64,000 nucleotides of DNA from Candidatus Latescibacterota bacterium (GTDB taxonomy: Bacteria; Latescibacterota; CBDEFO01). A model generated the notes under the pieces. That model was not told the origin of the DNA, did no database searches, and worked only from the letters and a program-made list of their open reading frames with translations. The stretch's first letter is position 1, and each line of letters starts with the position of its first letter. Shown here piece after piece: positions 61,818-64,000 of this stretch. Position numbers and translations under genes: made by a program. The stretch is taken from positions 288,001 through 352,000 of the forward strand of contig CBDEFO010000004.1 in assembly GCA_965237525.1 (NCBI GenBank), read 5' to 3'.

Positions 61818-63864
61818 AACGATTGTAGTGGGCCTAACTCTTCTGGTCTTTATCGGATGTGGAGATAACGCTCCGAAGCCAGCAAAGGATTTTGCCGATC
61901 CCAAGCTGGAGGCGGCGGTACGTGAGGTTGTGGATAAAGCCGAGGGAGAACTCACCCAAGAAGACTTGGCAGGCCTAACAGAGTTAGATTTGGCTGGAAA
62001 GAAGATTACGGCCATGACTGGGATCGAGCAATTGACTCGACTGTCGAAGCTGAATCTGAAGGGCAACCAGATTAGCGATATCTCTGCGCTATCTGGTCTA
62101 ACACGACTGATAGAGCTGGATCTTGGGTTCAACCAGATTAACGACCTTTCTCTGGTATCCGAACTAACACATCTGTCAAGACTGGGTCTGGCGGGCAACC
62201 AGATTAGTGATCTGTCCGTGATATCCAAAATGACTCAACTCACAAAGCTGGATCTGCAGGGCAACGAGATCAGCGACCTTACGCTGCTATCTGAACTGAG
62301 ACAACTGAGAAGATTGTTGCTCGATAGCAATCAAATCAGCGATATATCACCGCTGTCTGCACTAACGCAGCTGACACACCTGGATCTGAGTAGCAATCAG
62401 ATTAGTGATCTATCCCCGCTGGCAGGGCTGACTCAACTGACAAAACTGAGCCTCCGGCGCAACCCAATCAGGGATATGTCTCCACTGGCAGGACTAACGC
62501 AGCTGACACACCTGGATCTGAGTAGCAATCAGATTAGTGATCTATCCCCGCTGGCAGGGCTGACTCAACTGACAAAACTGAGCCTCCGGCGCAACCCAAT
62601 CAGGGATATGTCTCCACTGGCAGGACTGACACAACTCACATTTCTGGCTCTGGGAGACGACTGGATTAGCGATATGTCTCCACTGTCAGGACTGACACAA
62701 CTCACATTTCTGACTCTGGGAAATAACCGGATTAGCGATATATCTCCACTGTCTGAACTGATAGGATTGACAGGGCTGGGGCTGGGAGGAAACCAGATAA
62801 GCGATATATCTCCGTTGTCTGGACTCACACAGCTTACACAACTGGATCTGAGTGTCAACCAGATTAGTGATCTCTCGCCGCTGGCAGAGATGACACAAAT
62901 GACAAAACTGAGCCTCTGGGGCAACCAGATCAGCAATCTATCTCCGTTGCTCGGAATGACTCAACTGACACGGCTGAGTCTGAGGGACAACCCTCTCAGT
63001 CATGTCGCAATCAACGAACACATTCCAGCATTGGAGGCTCGAGGCGTAACAGCGAGATATTCTATAGCTATAACCTTTGCCGATCCCAACTTAGAGAAGG
63101 CAGTACGGAAGGCCTTGCGCAAACCTGAGGGGGTACTGACTCCAAAAGATGTGACAAGGCTAACGGAGTTGTACGCGGATGGCTTGAAGATTGTCGATTT
63201 AACCGGGATCGAGCAGCTGAGTCAATTGTCAGTGCTGTGGCTATTTGCAAACCAAATCAGTGATCTATCTCCATTGTCTGGTCTAACCCAACTGACAGAT
63301 CTGTTGCTGGATCGAAACGAAATCAGCGATCTATCTCCATTGTCTGGTCTAACCCAACTGAGAAAGCTGTTCCTTGATCGAAACCAAATCAGTGATCTAT
63401 CTCCATTGTCTGGTCTAACCCAACTAACAGATCTGTGGCTACGAAGCACCGAGATTAGCGATCTAACTCCGCTATCTGGATTGTCGCGACTCACAAGGCT
63501 ATTGATGGGCGGTAATGAGATTAGTGACCTGTCGCCGCTGGGAGGACTGACACAGCTGACTTTCTTGGGTCTGGATGGCATCCAAATTAGCGATCTATCC
63601 TCGCTTGCTGAAGTGACTCAAGTGACGAAGCTGAGGCTGGCACAAAATCAACTTAGTGATCTGTCTCCCCTAGCTGAACTGACTCGGCTGACAGAGTTGT
63701 ATTTGGACCAAAACCAAATCAGCGATCTATCCCCACTCATTGGACTGACTGAACTAACAAGGCTGTCTCTGTGGGAGAACCCTCTCAGCGATGCCGCTAT
63801 CAATGAGCAGATCCCGGTATTGGAAGCTCAGGGCGTACGGGTGCGACTGACCGGGGACATATAA
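61810..63864 (+). CDS. Internalin-like leucine-rich-repeat lipoprotein with two LRR modules
   Basis: Lipobox FIGC; two FADP.LE.AVR caps; 22-aa LT.L.L..NQISDLSPL repeats. Confidence 0.9.
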   Translation: MVRTIVVGLTLLVFIGCGDNAPKPAKDFADPKLEAAVREVVDKAEGELTQEDLAGLTELDLAGKKITAMTGIEQLTRLSKLNLKGNQISDISALSGLTRLIELDLGFNQINDLSLVSELTHLSRLGLAGNQISDLSVISKMTQLTKLDLQGNEISDLTLLSELRQLRRLLLDSNQISDISPLSALTQLTHLDLSSNQISDLSPLAGLTQLTKLSLRRNPIRDMSPLAGLTQLTHLDLSSNQISDLSPLAGLTQLTKLSLRRNPIRDMSPLAGLTQLTFLALGDDWISDMSPLSGLTQLTFLTLGNNRISDISPLSELIGLTGLGLGGNQISDISPLSGLTQLTQLDLSVNQISDLSPLAEMTQMTKLSLWGNQISNLSPLLGMTQLTRLSLRDNPLSHVAINEHIPALEARGVTARYSIAITFADPNLEKAVRKALRKPEGVLTPKDVTRLTELYADGLKIVDLTGIEQLSQLSVLWLFANQISDLSPLSGLTQLTDLLLDRNEISDLSPLSGLTQLRKLFLDRNQISDLSPLSGLTQLTDLWLRSTEISDLTPLSGLSRLTRLLMGGNEISDLSPLGGLTQLTFLGLDGIQISDLSSLAEVTQVTKLRLAQNQLSDLSPLAELTRLTELYLDQNQISDLSPLIGLTELTRLSLWENPLSDAAINEQIPVLEAQGVRVRLTGDI

Positions 63865-63951
63865 GTGTACAGCGAACTTTCGGCGGCAGGTATGCATGTA
63901 GCTGAATGTAACTGTTTGTATGGAAGCTCATTAAAATAGAAGGGAACACGA

Positions 63952-64000
63952 ATGCAAAGCAAAGAGGAACTGAAGAAGAAAATATGCCAAGCCGTTGACA
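63952..64000 (+). CDS. 5' end of a CDS running off the window
   Basis: AGGGA RBS; MQSKEELKKKICQAVD. Confidence 0.5.
   Translation, partial: MQSKEELKKKICQAVD

Noticed and set aside
1..64000. tRNA, rRNA or prophage genes
   Set aside because: No cloverleaf, rRNA-like tract or phage structural gene was recognised by eye; tRNAscan/Infernal were not run.

Overview
Bacterial chromosomal window from a diderm, LPS-producing organism (lptF/lptG, lpxB), most plausibly an FCB-superphylum lineage. It has sprA plus several secreted proteins ending in the YPNPFNP...WDG...SGVYLYRL...KLxLMR T9SS-type/FlgD-Ig sorting tail. The left half (5.4-28 kb) is a cluster of large modular surface-protein genes (4x7 FG-GAP/IPT protein, 4-cohesin scaffoldin-like protein, cohesin-dockerin protein, beta-helix, TPR), many broken by IS insertions, deletions, stops and frameshifts. 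sprA is followed by pilM and a pilN/pilO-like gene, then an integrase-less integron-like cassette array (attC sites, HicAB, a TerB-like/SAP/PD-(D/E)XK nuclease). The right half holds metabolic and housekeeping genes (rtcA, Zn-ADHs, IMPase, lpxB, mazG, moaC, mog) and an LRR lipoprotein. Two IS families occur in three copies each: an IS1182-like element (1519 bp, YTAA target) and an unclassified 1302-bp DDE element (GGTT ends, 6-bp NCTACT target) that sits in a dispersed heptamer-tailed repeat. GTAG-type REPs and other palindromic repeats are frequent. No rRNA, tRNA or CRISPR array was recognised. All product calls are by eye from motifs; no database search was run.
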